Source of the DNA: Eledone cirrhosa
Lineage: Eukaryota
Reading direction: 5' to 3'
Length of the DNA: 64,000 nt
NCBI GenBank assembly: GCA_964016885.1
Contig: OZ024754.1
Span: 13,330,001 to 13,394,000 of the forward strand
The position numbers were made by a program, and so were the translations under genes. Below, piece after piece: positions 39,677 through 58,622 of this stretch. Under the pieces are notes generated by a model. The model was not told the DNA's origin. It made no database searches and was given only the letters and a program-made list of their open reading frames with translations. Every line of letters starts with the position of its first letter. Within the stretch, counting starts at the first letter, position 1.

Positions 39677-40421
39677 AAACAACCACAACAACACGGAAAA
39701 ATAACAACACAAAACACTGTTCCACCCAACCCCTCCCCACCTAAAACAAATACAAAAGCAACCACAACAAAACCCCAAAATATACCCCTCCCCAACAACA
39801 CGGAAGAGGACTCCGTATCAACGTCACCCAGTGACGACGAGGGAGAACCCTTTCAACAGGTGAAAAGGAAAAAAAAAAGGCATTACATTAACAAAAATGC
39901 TACAAACACACAACCACCAGCACAAACAGAACAAACATCACAAACAAAAAAAACCCACCCTTTCCCAAAACATAACACATACTACAAAACACAAACACGT
40001 ACAAGAACAACAAACAAAAACAAACACAACACAACAAAAACTCTATACTTACATTAACAAGAACAATAAAACGTTGATGAAAGCGATAGAAAATAACCCT
40101 TCGGTGGAAACCGAAGGGATCACTTTCACCTACGCAGCGAACAAACCGCATCTAATGATGATTAGGGTCCCAACGGAAACCTATGTAACTTTGAAAAAGA
40201 ACCATCCAATGCATGTGGGGACCAATTGCACCAAACCACATAACAGCGTCCTATTGAGATGTTTCCCCACCCCCACACCAGACACCCACACCCCACCAAA
40301 CACCCTAATCCCACCACACACTGATGTCCTCACCCCACCACAAACCACCACCCCACCAAACAACCGTTCCAACACCCCCATGGAAATTGTGCAGCCTGGT
40401 CCCCAGGAGACGAAGAGGTAA
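38579..40421 (+). pseudogene. L1/Tx1-like ORF1 (gag-like, frameshifted)
   Basis: Three ORF pieces (38579-38926, 38965-39744, 39897-40421). Zinc knuckle CYHCLSKGHLRAAC; Asn/Thr low-complexity tracts. Confidence 0.75.
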
Positions 40422-40463
40422 GTAATTTCCTTTCCTCTTCCTTTTTAACTCTTCAGCACCAAC

Positions 40464-43400
40464 ATGGCCAATATAAGAGTTGGATGTGTGAATGCACGCG
40501 GCTTGGGGATATCCTGGAAACAAGGCAAACTCTTAAATGACCTCAGGTCGCACAGAGTGGATGTAATAGTTATTTGCGAGTCCAGGATCAGCAGCGAGCG
40601 CCAACTGGCCCCCATCTTCGACGACTTTGAGATCTACGCATCTCTCTGTCAGCCGAGGGGTGGGGGTGGGGGTGTCGTTCTGCTGCGAAAATACCTGGGT
40701 CTTGCCACACAGAAGGTACACCTGGACTCGGAGGGTCGATTGGTGGTTTTAGACGTCGGCAGTGGTGAAGGTGGAGCTTTCAGGCTGGTGGAAGCGTATG
40801 CCCCATCTGGGACACCGCGACCGGACTTCTTCCGACGCCTGGAGAATTTCCTGGGAACGTCTCGCTCCTTGCTTTTAGTGGGGGACTGGAATGGTATCCT
40901 GGATGCACGTTGGGACTATGTAGGGGCATGTCCCGATAGAGGGGGTGTAACAGCCTCAAACGATTAATCGGCCGATTTGATCTGGCCGATAGATATCGAC
41001 TAGATTTTCCGACTGTGCCACTGTGGACGTGGAGTAATCTCAGCGGAACATCTAGGTCGTACCTAGATAGGTTCCTAGTTAGAAATAAGGATAGGGACAT
41101 GTTAAGCTGTCCACGAATGTTCATGGTTGACTATTCGGATCACAAGTTGGTGACCGGAGTGGTCAACCTTGATAGAACTCATAGACAGGGACCCGGTTAC
41201 TGGAAGCTAAACTTGTCTTTGCCGACAAACAAAGCTTACAGTAAGCGGATTAGTACACTAGTTAAACAGCGTTTGACAGGGGCAATTGTCAACAACAGGT
41301 GGTGGGGCTCTCTCAAGAGAGAAATTAGAATAGAATCGATAGGTTTTAGTCGGGAATTAGCATCAGATAGAAATAGAACTGAAAGGGAATTAACAAATAG
41401 AGTAGAAGAGGCGATTAGGAGTGGTAACGTGGCCGGCGTGCTGGCGTCAAGAACGGCCCTAGACCAGTTCTTTGATGCGAAGCACGAGGGCTGCGTTGTC
41501 AGGAGTAAAATACGTGCTCTGGGTAACGAGGGCGCCAAAACTGTTAGCTGGGCCCGAGTGACAGAGGCAAAAAGTGGAAACAAGTCCGAGATTCGGTCTT
41601 TGAAGGAACAGGATGGACGCGTGATCCTTGAACCTGGGCGGATGAGCGCGGCCTTTCAACAGCGCTTTGCACGACTGTTCGGGAGGGGCGGCGGGCCGGG
41701 TGGGGCCATGGATTTTGGTCGATACCTCGACGGTCTGGCGCGACTCTCGGACGGGGAGGCGAAGTCCTGCGAGAGGCCGATTTCAGCCGCTGAAATAGGG
41801 GAAGCGCTGAGCCAATGCAGCAAACGCAAATCTCCAGGTCTCGATGATCTACCATACGAACTTTATGTAGCGATGACGGGCTTGTTCTCCGGTCTCCTCG
41901 AGGCGGTCTACTGCAACTGGCAACAGAACGGGAGAATTCCCAGTTCTGTGACCAAGGGCGTAGTCACGCTGGTGAGGAAGGACGAGAACAAGGGGGATGA
42001 CATAGATAACTTCAGGCCCATAACTCTGCTAAACACAGAGTTAAAGATTTTGGCCAAGGTGTTAGCGAAGAGGTTGGCGCTTGTCGTCGGGAACCTGGCG
42101 GGAGAAGCGCAGACATGCGCAATCCCGTCCAGGTCCATACACGATAACCTCCACCTCATGCGATACATCGTAGAGAGGTTAGGGAACGAACTCGGCTTTG
42201 GTGGGGCCCTGATCAACTTGGATCAATCTAAGGGGTTCGATAGGGTTGACCATCGGTACCTGGATGCGGTGCTCGCGGCGGCAGGCTTCGGACCCGTTTT
42301 CAGGGGCTGGATTGCTGCAATGCACAGCAGCAACACCTGCTCGAGGGTCAAGGTGAACGGCTACCTCTCGGAGCCGTTCCAAATCACGCGATCCATCCGA
42401 CAGGGATGCCCTCTCTCCTCCCTCCTGCCTGTGCTGGCTCTCGAGCCAATACTGCAGAAGCTGATCCTGTTGCAGGGCATCCCCTTGGAACCGGGATTGC
42501 GGAAAGCGGTGTCGGCCTACGCCGATGATGTGACAGTAATGGTGTCGTGCGCCTCGGAAATCGGACAGATCGGCACCTTACTGGAGGAATATGAAAGGTT
42601 CACAGGAGCCAAGCTGAACCAAGACAAGTCCATCGGTTTGCAACTCGGGACGTGGAGGGGCAAAAAGATGCCCCCCGACGCTGTCGGACGCTGGACGGAG
42701 GGACCGGTGAAGCTGTTCGGGGTATGGTTCGGACCGGACCTCCAGGTGGAGAAAAACTGGGACGAGGTAACGGGCAAGGCGTTTGCACTCGCCCAGAAGT
42801 GGCCCGAGTGCAAACTATCCCTGAAAGGTCGAGCGGAGGTAGCGAACGCTTATATAGCGTCCGTCATCTACTACCGCTTGACCGTCGTGCCTTGCCCAGA
42901 GAAGACACTCGCCAAAATGGAGCGCGCGCTCTTCCGATTTCTTTGGAAGAAGCGGGCTCCTTTGGTGAGAAGATCCATCTTCTGTCAACACCCTTCGAAC
43001 GGAGGGCTGCGGATGCCGTGGCTGACGATGCGTAGACACGCATTAAGGCTACGGCACCACCAGGTATTCCTCACCGGCCAGCCGGTGTGGGCCCTGTTTG
43101 TGAGTCGAGACTTTCCGAGACTCGTCTCACTCACCGAGCTGCAATCCTAGGTCAAGCAAAGACCGAGGAAAGTGGGCGACTGGCACATTGAATGTGCCCA
43201 GGCGCTCACGGCCCTCTGGCAAGCGGATCCGGCAATCAGTGGAGACTCAGCCTCAACATTCTATAGAGGGTTGGTGCGCAATAAGTGCGACGACGCTCTC
43301 GGAGAGGCTCTGGGCATGGAGGAAGATGAGCTGGCCAGTCTGTTCGGTAGGACGTTTGGCCCGGGACCGATGGACAACTTCCAAAAGTCCCTGGCTTGGC

Positions 43401-43903
43401 AATGTTACCGAGGAGCTCTACCCGTTCGGGACAAGCTCTACAGACACGGGTGCCCGGGTAGGGATCCCTCGAAGAAGATCTGTCCGAGATGCGTGCGTGA
43501 CGAGGAAACCGTCGCACACGCATTCGTACACTGCCCGGGCGTTGCTGACCTGGGGGGGGGGGGCTATGTGGAACGACTACTGTCGCGGGTGGGGCCAATC
43601 CGGTTGACCACCGAGAACATTGTCACGATCAAACCGCCTCGCTCTTTCAAAAACGAAGGAGAGGCGGTTTTCCTCTGTGTGATAGCTATGACGAAAGAAG
43701 TTGTATGGTGGACAAGGTTGAAAGGGCTGAGGTCAGACATCTTTCTCTCCGGCCAACAACTGGTCTTTTTTTTCAAGTACCACTTTAGAAGAAGGATCAG
43801 AATGGAGAGAGAGGTGCTCTACCTAAGCAAGTTTTATGAAAGGTGGGTGAAAGTAGCGAGAATGGCCCGAGTGAATGGGCCTTCTCTCTATATCAGCCTG
43901 TAG
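40464..43903 (+). pseudogene. L1/Tx1-like ORF2: AP endonuclease, reverse transcriptase, C-terminal zinc finger (1 frameshift, 1 stop)
   Basis: APE motifs NARG, ICESR, AYAP, VGDWN, LDRFLV, SDHK; RT motifs KSPGLD, FRPITLLN, LDQSKGFDRV, RQGCPLS, AYADD; CPRC...HAFVHC. Frameshift ~40945, TAG 43148-43150. Confidence 0.92.
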
Positions 43904-44384
43904 GTGAGAGAGGAGAAGAATGAGAAGTGGAAGGAAGCACCCGCTCTTTGTGCTCCTGAAGAGGAGGGTTGCACATTTTTGCGGTGATTCTGTGCGACCC
44001 ATGTCAACGCCCCTCTCTATTGAGGACATCGATTGTTAAATTTAATTTGTTATATGTTTTTTACACGTCTTTTTAAATGTATGTAAACTCCCCCCTTTGT
44101 ATTTGTCCCAATCTTTGATGCCCTGGTGGCAAATAAATAGAAATTTATATTAATTACCACCAAACTCTCCCCCTCTCTATATCTATAAACATCAATCTCT
44201 CCCCCTTTCTATATCTAATATACAATACACTCTCTCAACCTTCCTCTCTATATCAATTACCACCAAACTCTCCCCCTCTCTCTCTATCTATATCTATCTC
44301 TCCCATCTGTCTCTACATAACATGTAAATAAATTGTATCGCATATACAAATAGATGTGTTTTGATAGTTTGGAGAGAAAAATAT

Positions 44385-48510
<4,126 letters not shown>

Positions 48511-49043
48511 TAAGTTAGTCGTTTGAGGGGAAGATGGCGGTCATTTTATTAGAAATTCCATATCAATATTCACAGACAAACAGCTAACTATTCTTAATAT
48601 GATGTTATTATTAGGTCTTTAATTCTACAAGCTAGCAGGATGTGGATGTGGCTTTCTTTTGGCGCTGTAATGAGATTTATCAAGAATCAAATTCCCGAAT
48701 TCCGTTTAGTTTCTGAAAAGAGAAAAATATAAATAAATTCTGCTATCTGTTTCGTTTCTAGGAGTCATTTCCAATTTTCATCCATTCAGCGTGACCCATT
48801 GATAAACCGAATGCGCGGGGTTTTTTGGGGGAGGTGGAGGCGTTTATTAAGGTTAGTGTCTATTGGTGAATTGGCAGAATCGTTAGAACGAATGTCCTTG
48901 CGGTATTCGTTCCGGTTCTTTGCGCTCTGTTTTCAAATCCTGGCATCGTCGACTTTTCCTTTCATCCTTTCGAAGTCAATAAATAAAAAATACCAGTCCG
49001 AGATTGGAGCCGATTTTTCCTCAATAATTTTTGTTATCCCTTC

Positions 49044-49149
<106 letters not shown>

Positions 49150-49201
49150 CTTTATTTCTTTTTTTCTTTCTTTCTAAATCTCTCTCCCTCTCTCTCTTTT
49201 C

Positions 49202-49288
<87 letters not shown>

Positions 49289-49786
49289 CATCTATCTCCC
49301 TCTCTCTCTTTTCCCATCTCTATCTCTCTCTCTTTCTCTCTCTTTCTCTCTCTCTCTCTCCCTCTCTCTTTCTCTCTCTCTCTATCTCTCTCTCTCTTTT
49401 ATTCTTTTTTTTTTGTTTCATTTTTTTGACCAAATCATCTGTGTCACACATGGAAAGTGGATGGGCTGTCCCAGCTTTAAACCTCCTATGACAGGGCCGC
49501 TACGGTTCCATTAAATGTTACGGATCATACATAAAATTGTTAATATCGCTGCCGTTTGGGTCAGGGTATTTGGCAAAATCTGTAAAGCACTGTAGAAAAG
49601 TTCAAATTCTATTGAGATTAACATTGATGTTTATCATAGCTCCATAGCCATCAATTACAGGTAGAAATCCTTACCGGTTTCGCAATTTTATTGTTTTATA
49701 ATTTCAATATGTTATTATTGGTCTACAACGTCATATAACAACCACTGACCTACGGGGCAAGCAAAATACTAGAAATAACAATGAAA

Positions 49787-51107
49787 TCTCCCTCTCACAT
49801 CACTCTCCAAAAAAGAAGGGCATATTAGATAATGTTGCAACAATGGTGGAGATAAGAATTAGATCCCTCTCACATCACTCTCCAAAAAAGAAGGGCATAT
49901 TAGATAATGTTGTAACAATGGTGGAGATAAGAATTAGATCCCTCTCACATCACTCTCCAAAAAAGAAGGTCATATTAGGTAATGTTGTAGCAATGGTGGA
50001 GATAAGAATTAGATCCCTCTCACATCACTCTCCAAAAAAGAAGGGCATATTAGGTAATGTTGTAACAATGGTGGAGATAAGAATTAGATCCCTCTCACAT
50101 CACTCTCCAAAAAAGAAGGGCATATTAGATAATGTTGTAACAATGGTGGAGATAAGAATTAGATCCCTCTCACATCACTCTCCAAAAAAGAAGGGCATAT
50201 TGGATAATGTTGTAACAATGGTGGAGATAATAATTAGATCCCTCTCACATCACTCTCCAAAAAAGAAGGGCATATTAGATAATGTTGTAACAATGGTGGA
50301 GATAAGAATTAGATCCCTCTCACATCACTCTCCAAAAAAGAAGGGCATATTAGATAATGTTGTAGCAATGGTGGAGATAAGAATTAGATCCCTCTCACAT
50401 CACTCTCCAAAAAAGAAGGTCATATTAGATAATGTTGTAACAATGGTGGAGATAAGAATTAGATCCCTCTCACATCACTCTCCAAAAAAGAAGGGCATAT
50501 TAGATAATGTTGTAGCAATGGTGGAGATAAGAATTAGATCCCTCTCACATCACTCTCCAAAAAAGAAGGGCATATTGGATAATGTTGTAACAATGGTGGA
50601 GATAAGAATTAGATCCCTCTCACATCACTCTCCAAAAAAGAAGGGCATATTAGATAATGTTGTAACAATGGTGGAGATAAGAATTAGATCCCTCTCACAT
50701 CACTCTCCAAAAAAGAAGGTCATATTAGATAATGTTGTAACAATGGTGGAGATAAGAATTAGATCCCTCTCACATCACTCTCCAAAAAAGAAGGGCATAT
50801 TAGATAATGTTGTAGCAATGGTGGAGATAAGAATTAGATCCCTCTCACATCACTCTCCAAAAAAGAAGGGCATATTGGATAATGTTGTAACAATGGTGGA
50901 GATAAGAATTAGATCCCTCTCACATCACTCTCCAAAAAAGAAGGGCATATTAGATAATGTTGTAACAATGGTGGAGATAAGAATTAGATCCCTCTCACAT
51001 CACTCTCCAAAAAAGAAGGGCATATTAGATAATGTTGTAGCAATGGTGGAGATAAGAATTAGATCCCTCTCACATCACTCTCCAAAAAAGAAGGGCATAT
51101 TGGATAA
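49787..51107. repeat. 75-bp minisatellite, ~17.5 copies
   Basis: Unit TCCCTCTCACATCACTCTCCAAAAAAGAAGGGCATATTAGATAATGTTGTAACAATGGTGGAGATAAGAATTAGA. Confidence 0.95.
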
Positions 51108-51717
51108 CTTGGAAGAAATGTTACAAATGACAAAACCAAATATGCCTCACATCACATCCTTTGCATTGAAGAGTATATTGAATAATGTGGTAGGAATTTG
51201 GTTGTTTGCAAGGAGTCGACTGTTTGAAGGAAAAGACTAATTTGTGAAGAAAAACATTTCTTTTTTGATAATTGTCAACAAACAAAAATGTTTTTTACAG
51301 CCCCTCACCCACACACCATTACCACCACCATCACGACCACCATCACCACCAACAACACTAGCGTCACCACCACCACCACCACCACCACCATCACCACCAC
51401 CGTCAACACCACCAACACTAGCGTCACCACCACCACCACCACCACCATCACCAGGTCTATTCCTTAGCTAGCTACATTTATTTCACAAGACACAAATAAT
51501 GTCCGTCTACCAGATAATGACATCATTAAAAGACACGACTAAAGACAACAAACACATAATGTCTCTCTGACAGATAGTAACATCATTAAAAGACACGAAT
51601 AACGGCAACAACAACAACAACAACAACAACAACTACGGTATAGGTTTCAGAATGTTGGCAATAGAAAAAATGAAATAAAACAGAAAATTGTATTTTAAAA
51701 AACAAAATAAAGTGTGG

Positions 51718-51985
51718 ACAAAATGGTGGAGGCATTTCCGGGGAAAACAACCAGTGACACCCGCTACATCAGCCACTCCATCTCATGAAGTTACTTCCAT
51801 GAGATGGAGTTACTTCCTCGGGTGGAAGACGACAGTTTGAGGACAGTTTGAGGACAGTTTGAGGACTGTAGAAACTAGAGATCTCTAAGGTGACTGGCAC
51901 GAAATGGAAGTTGTCGCTCAAGTCCCGGTATTTGGTTATCTTCCTTTGCAAGGATGAGAAGAGATGACAAAATGTGTGAAACATA
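51718..51985 (-). pseudogene. Degraded CRE-like RLE C-terminal fragment
   Basis: RKITKYRDL...FHFVPVTLE and RVSLVVFPGNA remnants on the minus strand. Confidence 0.5.
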
Positions 51986-52007
51986 AGAAGAGAATTCTAC
52001 TCTATAG

Positions 52008-52300
52008 GATAACGTGAAGCCTACTTTACGTAAAGACGGGAATCACATTCTAACGGATAGCTTAAGTCCCACTTTACGAGATAAGTTCAAGTTTATTCTG
52101 CGGAATAATATGAATTCCACTATACGGAATAACGTGAATCCCACTCTACGGAAGAACGTGAATCCCACTCTACGGAAGAACGCGAACCCCGCTCAATGGA
52201 ATAACGTGGACCCCGCTCAATGGAATAACGTGAACCCCACTCAATGGAATAACGTGAACCCCACTCAATGGAATAACGTGAACACCACCCAATGGAATAA
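52008..52300. repeat. Degenerate 24-bp minisatellite
   Basis: AATAACGTGAACCCCACTCAATGG units, decaying leftwards. Confidence 0.8.
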
Positions 52301-52975
52301 AACCTAGGGTTAAAATTGCAAAAAATATTTCTATGATCCAAACATACTGAAATCCTGTTGTGGTATAAGGTTTCGTCCTGCAGCAGTATCAGTATTTGAT
52401 ATACTATGCAAACTTTGATCAGTTAAATTCTTTCTATTTATTGTGATATTGATTATAAAGAAGTGTTTATTTTGTTTTTTTTTTGGTTTTTTTTGTTTTT
52501 TTTTTGTTTTTTTTTTGTTTTTTTTGTTGTTGTTTTTTTTTGTTTTTTGTGGCTTTCATTTTTTCATTTTTTTATATATTCCGATGAAATATCTGTCAGT
52601 TACTGCATATATAAAAGTAGACATAAAACAAATGTCAAATATATATTGTTGCTTTGAATATTACTTAAACAGACGTCTTGGGAGGCGACATTGTTTGCAA
52701 GTATTTTCTGACATTATCAATGTTAAAATTGCCTCCAGTGAAATTTATAGAGTTGTTTAGAAGTAGGAAGGATGTGATTATCTACGCAGGGAGAATGTAA
52801 ATTACTGTAAGCAATGAAGATGTGCTACGGATACAGAAAGCTATGTGTCTGAGAGGAATATGTAACTTTTCCATAAATCTGCTTTGTATAGTATGTTTCT
52901 CAGATAACAATCGCAAACAATTTGTCATGGTTGTTGTTATTGTTGTTGTTCTTGTTGTAGTTGTTGTTGTTGTTT

Positions 52976-53037
<62 letters not shown>

Positions 53038-53043
53038 CAATCT

Positions 53044-54180
53044 TTCAAGACGTGGTTCACTTCGCTCCTGTAAGTTTGTTCTATTTTCACTGTTATTCAA
53101 CCTTTTGCATTGAGTTTTTGATATCGTTTTGAAGCTAAGTATGCCAGAATCCTTGTGCGTTGGTTCGTTTAGCACGACTTGAAGCCCTTAGGGGCCAAAT
53201 CTGTGTTTGTTTTTGAAACACGGCCCTCGATTTTCTACGAAAATTAAGATGGTGTACAAAAATATTGCGTCCGCTAAACAGAATGGCGGGCTTTCCATAG
53301 AATGGAACAGCCAAAGTTCTGAAAACAATAACAGCAACAGCATCAACAGCAAGAGCAGCAGTAGCAGCAGCAGCAGCAGCAGCGGCCAAAATTTATTTCG
53401 TGTAAACAAAGCGGACTTTCCAGCTCTGGCAATGTTTACCCCGCTGAATGCCGACACCGCCGCCACAACGACGGTAGGCGCGGCCAACACTACAGACAAC
53501 ACCGCCCCCATAACCACCACCACCACTGAAACAACGGAAACTAAAAACAAAATGAACACACGTGACAGCAACAACATAAATGATAACAACAATACCACCA
53601 CAACTAAACGGAATGGCGGGCTGCAACAGCACCAACAACACCAGTAGCAGCAGCAGCAGCAGCAACAGCACAAACAACAGCAGTAGTAGCAGTAGCAGTA
53701 TCAGCAGCAACAACAACACCAACAACAGCAGTAGTAGCAGAAGCAGCAGCAACAACAACACCAACAACAGCAGTAGCAGCAGCAACAATGGTACCGCTGA
53801 AAAAGGGACCTTTTCTTTTGCTGGGGTGACCCGGAATGTAGAGACGGTGATAGTCACGGAGGAGGAGATGGCGGTCGCAAGGGCCATGGTGACTAGAAAA
53901 TCAAATCGAGTCTCCCTGAAACCTCTACCCGATGTTCTCAAAGACCAACAGCTGCGTAGATCACATCGGATAGAGAGGGCTACGGAGGCTTAAATTTAAA
54001 AGACCTTGGGGTGCGTGTGGGCACGCAAAACCCACATCACTCGAGGCAAAACGTATGCCAATGTGGGTGTGCTTTTTGCCACCCCACAAGAGGCGAAGTG
54101 TCACACATTGGTAACCCTAAAGAGTGAGGAGACAGTGATGGTGCCCTCCTACTGCGGGCAGAATATTGTGAAGGTCACCC
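53044..54180 (+). mobile_element. 5' end and ORF1 relic of a related L1/Tx1-like LINE
   Basis: Start AGACGTG...ACTTCGCTCC matches the 38385 start. KGTFSF and RGKTYANVGVLF...MVPSYCGQ align with GAFSI and KGKLFGSISVLM...FFPTYRGK of 38965-39744. Confidence 0.65.
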
Positions 54181-54435
54181 ATTTAAATCGTTAATTTGTT
54201 AATTTTTTTTGTGTTACAAAGGGGACATAAGGCTCCAGTCTTGTCCTCAAAAATGAGGACACCATAATATTGGGGCTCTTCGCCTAAATATTTGAAATTA
54301 ATAATTTCAATTTACGCTCAGAAAACCTTTTAAAAAAATGAAGATTACACCCCACCCACCTCCACAAACAGACAGAGCGACAAAAATTTTGAACGAGGAG
54401 AACTTGAGTCATGACAACAGTTAAGACATGACTCC

Positions 54436-55668
54436 ATAGAGTAGTAATAACGTATAGAGTAATGTTAACGTATAGAGTAGTGACAAGTTATAGAGTAATG
54501 TTAATGTATAGAGTAGTGACAACGTATAGAGTAATGTTAACGTATAGAGTAGTGACAAGTTATAGAGTAATGTTAATGTATAGAGTAGTGACAACGTATA
54601 GAGTAATGTTAACGTATAGAGTAGTGACAAGTTATAGAGTAATGTTAATGTATAGAGTAGTGACAACGTATAGAGTAATGTTAATGTATAGAGTAGTGAC
54701 AAGTTATAGAGTTGTGTTAACGTATAGAGTAGTAACGATTTATAGAGTAATGTTAATGTATAGAGTAGTAACAATTTATAGAGTAATGTTAACGTATAGA
54801 GTAGTAATTTTTATAGAGTAATGTTAATGTATAGAGTAGTAAGAATTTATAGAGTAATGTTAACGTATAGAGTAGTAACGATTTATAGAGTAATGTTAAC
54901 GTATAGAGTAGTAACGATTTATAGAATAATGTTAATGTATAGAGTAGTAAGAATTTATAGAGTAATGTTATAGAGTAGTAACGATTTATAGAGTAATGTT
55001 AATGTATAGAGTAGTAAGAATTTATAGAGTAATGTTATAGAGTAGTAACGATTTATAGAGTAATGTTAATGTATAGAGTAGTAACGATTTATAGAGTAAT
55101 GTTAATGTATAGAGTAGTAACGATTTATAGAGTAATGTTAATGTATAGAGTAGTAACGATTTATAGAGTAATGTTAACGTATAGAGTTGTAACGATTTAT
55201 AGAGTAATGTTATAGAGTAGTAACAATTTATAGAGTAATGTTAATGTATAGAGTAGTAACGATTTATAGAGTAATGTTAATGTATAGAGTAGTAACGATT
55301 TATAGAGTAATGTTATAGAGTAGTAACGATTTATAGAGTAATGTTAATGTATAGAGTAGTAACGATTTATAGAGTAATGTTATAGAGTAGTAAGAATTTA
55401 TAGAGTAATGTTAATGTATAGAGTAGTAACGATTTATAGAGTAATGTTATAGAGTAGTAACGATTTATAGAGTAATGTTAATGTATAGAGTAGTAACGAT
55501 TTATAGAGTAATGTTAATGTATAGAGTAGTAACGATTTATAGAGTAATGTTATAGAGTAGTAACGATTTATAGAGTAATGTTAATGTATAGAGTAGTAAC
55601 GATTTATAGAGTAATGTTATAGAGTAGTAAGAATTTATAGAGTAATGTTAATGTATAGAGTAGTAACG
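54436..55668. repeat. 36-bp (2x18) minisatellite with deletion variants
   Basis: Alternating TATAGAGTAATGTTAAYG and TATAGAGTAGTAACGATT halves. Confidence 0.92.
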
Positions 55669-55714
55669 TCACTACAACCCTCACTATCATTCTGTTACTG
55701 ACACCACTATAGAC

Positions 55715-56028
55715 ATCACCAACAACAACAACAGTAGAAGCTGCAACAACAGCAGAAACAAATACAACAACAGCAACGACAACAGCAGCAGCAGCAGCAA
55801 CAACAACAACAACAACAACAACAACGGCAACGACAATAAAAATAGCAGCAGTAACAACAACAACAAATACACGATAAGATTAGTGACAGCAGTAGCAGAA
55901 ATAGCAGCAACAGCAGCAGCAGTAATGACAACGAGACCAAAACAACAACAACAACAACAACGATAAGATTAGTGACAGCAGTAGCAGCAATAGCAGCAAC
56001 AGCAGCAGCAGTAATGACAACGAGACCA

Positions 56029-56067
<39 letters not shown>

Positions 56068-56815
56068 CGATAAGATTAGTGACAGCAGTAGCAGCAATAG
56101 CAGCAACAGCAGCAGCAGTAATGACAACGAGACCAATAACAACAACAACAACAACTAAAGCACTCTCGTAGCAACCGCTGCGAAAATTATGGAACTGTTC
56201 CATATAGATTTAACGAGGAGAGAAGAATGTTTGGTTGAGGCAGCCAAACCTGTGACAATGCCAAAAACCTCATCCAACCTAAGTGGTCTGCCTGAGGTGT
56301 TGGCAATGACGGAACTAAAATTAGACATACAGGTATGATCTAAAAAGCCGGGACTGACCCCACAATCCCAATTGGAGACAGATCTGAAGGGCTTGCTAGC
56401 AGACATGCAACACGTTGCAACTTCCAAACAGTTTAAGAGCATCTCAGTGTTCTTCAAAAGCGAGAACCTTGCATAGAAGCACTCTGGTTCCCTGTAAAAA
56501 CGAACCAATTCGTAATGGTTCCCCCTTACATGGGAAGGGAAGCAGTGAAGGCCCGAATTTCTGGTACTCCGCTAGAATTAGACATCAGGTGGATCCTAGC
56601 GTGCATCCTTCTGGAGGGAGGTGAAGTCCTAGTAGAAGAAGACCCGGGGGGAATTTGTCTGAGCTCGGTCTGGAAGTACTTCTCCAGATTAAACCAGAGA
56701 TTGACAAATCACAGACATAATTCGCCTTTCGAATGGTGTGGGGTTACATGGAGTCGCAGAAGGCAAAAAGCCTAGATGCCACTTATGTGGGGAATCCCCC
56801 CACCTAAGAGCTTTC
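55715..56815 (+). pseudogene. Third L1/Tx1-like ORF1 relic
   Basis: CAA/CAG low-complexity start; KQFKSISVFF, MVPPYMGR...DIRWILACIL, GKKPRCHLCGESPHLRA (knuckle remnant). Confidence 0.6.
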
Positions 56816-57045
56816 TTCTTTCAACAGAAAACAGCGGCGAGCCGAAACATACGTAGCGAAAATCATTAGAACTTCGGTAAAACGCCTTCCTTTATTTATT
56901 AATTCCCTAGTTCAAATCCTACAGAGGTTACCTTTGCATTTCATTCTTAAGAGGTTAAAAAAATAAAGCCACAGTAATGCACTGGGGTTGTTATGATAAT
57001 TGTTGGCCTTGTTCCAAATGTAGAAACAATTATTATTATCATTAT

Positions 57046-57231
57046 TGGATTGGCAGTATCGGTAGAGGGTCGGACGCCATGCTTTGAGGCATAGAGTTAC
57101 GGCCCCTGCCATTCTGAATTCAAATCCCGCCGAGGTTAACTTTGTCTTTCATCCTTACGGGGTCAATAAAATAAAGTACCAGTAATGCACTGGGTTATTT
57201 CTGGCCTTGTGCCAAAAGTAGAAACAATTAT
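57046..57231 (+). mobile_element. Full-length family A SINE
   Basis: GGATTGGCAGTATCGG (A box), GAATTCAAATCC (B box), core, GAAACAATTA end. Confidence 0.85.
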
Positions 57232-57810
57232 TGTAAGATTTTTTTTTTTCCTCAAGATAGTAATTTTCATTGAGATTCTGTATTTACCCACTGAAGTGTT
57301 TATTACGTGTGTTTCTTCTGTTGTTCTGTACTATACTTTCAGTATGACCACTAATTGTAGCAGAGATCAAATGGTTTACATCTCTGGCATTTATTTCATG
57401 TTCTTTGATTATCGCTTTAAGAGTTTCAATGGAATTCTTTATGGCATTTTTCAACACTTATCTGGGTTTTCTTCGATAATGACTTTCAGTGTGAAAGAAA
57501 GACATCGCATTCTCACTCAGTAGATTCCACTTGATGGTGAGACAGGCTTTTATAACATTTACTATAAGATTATCTGTTTGAATGTCACCGTCTGATTGTT
57601 GGTTTATATTCGCTGAGGAATTGGTAGATTCACTGCTACATCGGATTGAATGCTTTGCAGTATTCCTTCCGGCTGTCTCTGTTGTGAGTTTAAATCCTGC
57701 CGAGGTCACCTTTTCCTTTCCTCCTTTCGAAGTGCCAGTCCATTAGTAGCGTCGATACTTCCACTATATCACTCTCTTTCTCTTCTCTCTCTCTCTCTCT
57801 CTCTCTCTCG

Positions 57811-57858
<48 letters not shown>

Positions 57859-57959
57859 CAAGTAAGTATGTTTTGAAACAGTGAGCAGGTTTGAAATTAG
57901 AAAATAGAATAGCTTTCACCGTATTTTTAACTAAAGGAATTTTAGCCTGATAATAGGGT

Positions 57960-57992
<33 letters not shown>

Positions 57993-58191
57993 ATTATTAG
58001 AAAGTGAGGTTTTTTTTACAAAATGAAAAATAACCGAGGTGTCCTACACGAGTGAAAGTATAAGAAAAAAAGATGAAATCCAAAATGCAACTGGAGTCTT
58101 TTTTTTTTTAAATATATATATTTATTTCGTTCCTTTATCGGTTTCGCAGCTCTTCTGCTTTTCAAAAGTAGAGTCGAGATGTAGGGTTTGT

Positions 58192-58475
<284 letters not shown>

Positions 58476-58622
58476 GGGTATTCACAAACACATGATCCAT
58501 TTTGAATATGTAAGTTGTATGTAAACATATACTTACATTAATGTGAGTTTATACATACATACATACATTCATACATACATACATACATACATACATACAT
58601 TCATACATACATACATACGTAC

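Larger units (their letters stand above)
38378..44145 (+). mobile_element. Full-length, disrupted L1/Tx1-like LINE
   Basis: ORF1 plus ORF2 (APE-RT-zinc finger) and AATAAA at the 3' end. Candidate TSD TATAT(C/T)AATTACCAC at 38363-38377 and 44146-44160, within a C/T-rich degenerate repeat. Confidence 0.88.

Noticed and set aside
57046-57135. tRNA genes at A/B-box hits
   Set aside because: All continue into SINE cores and lack complete cloverleafs.
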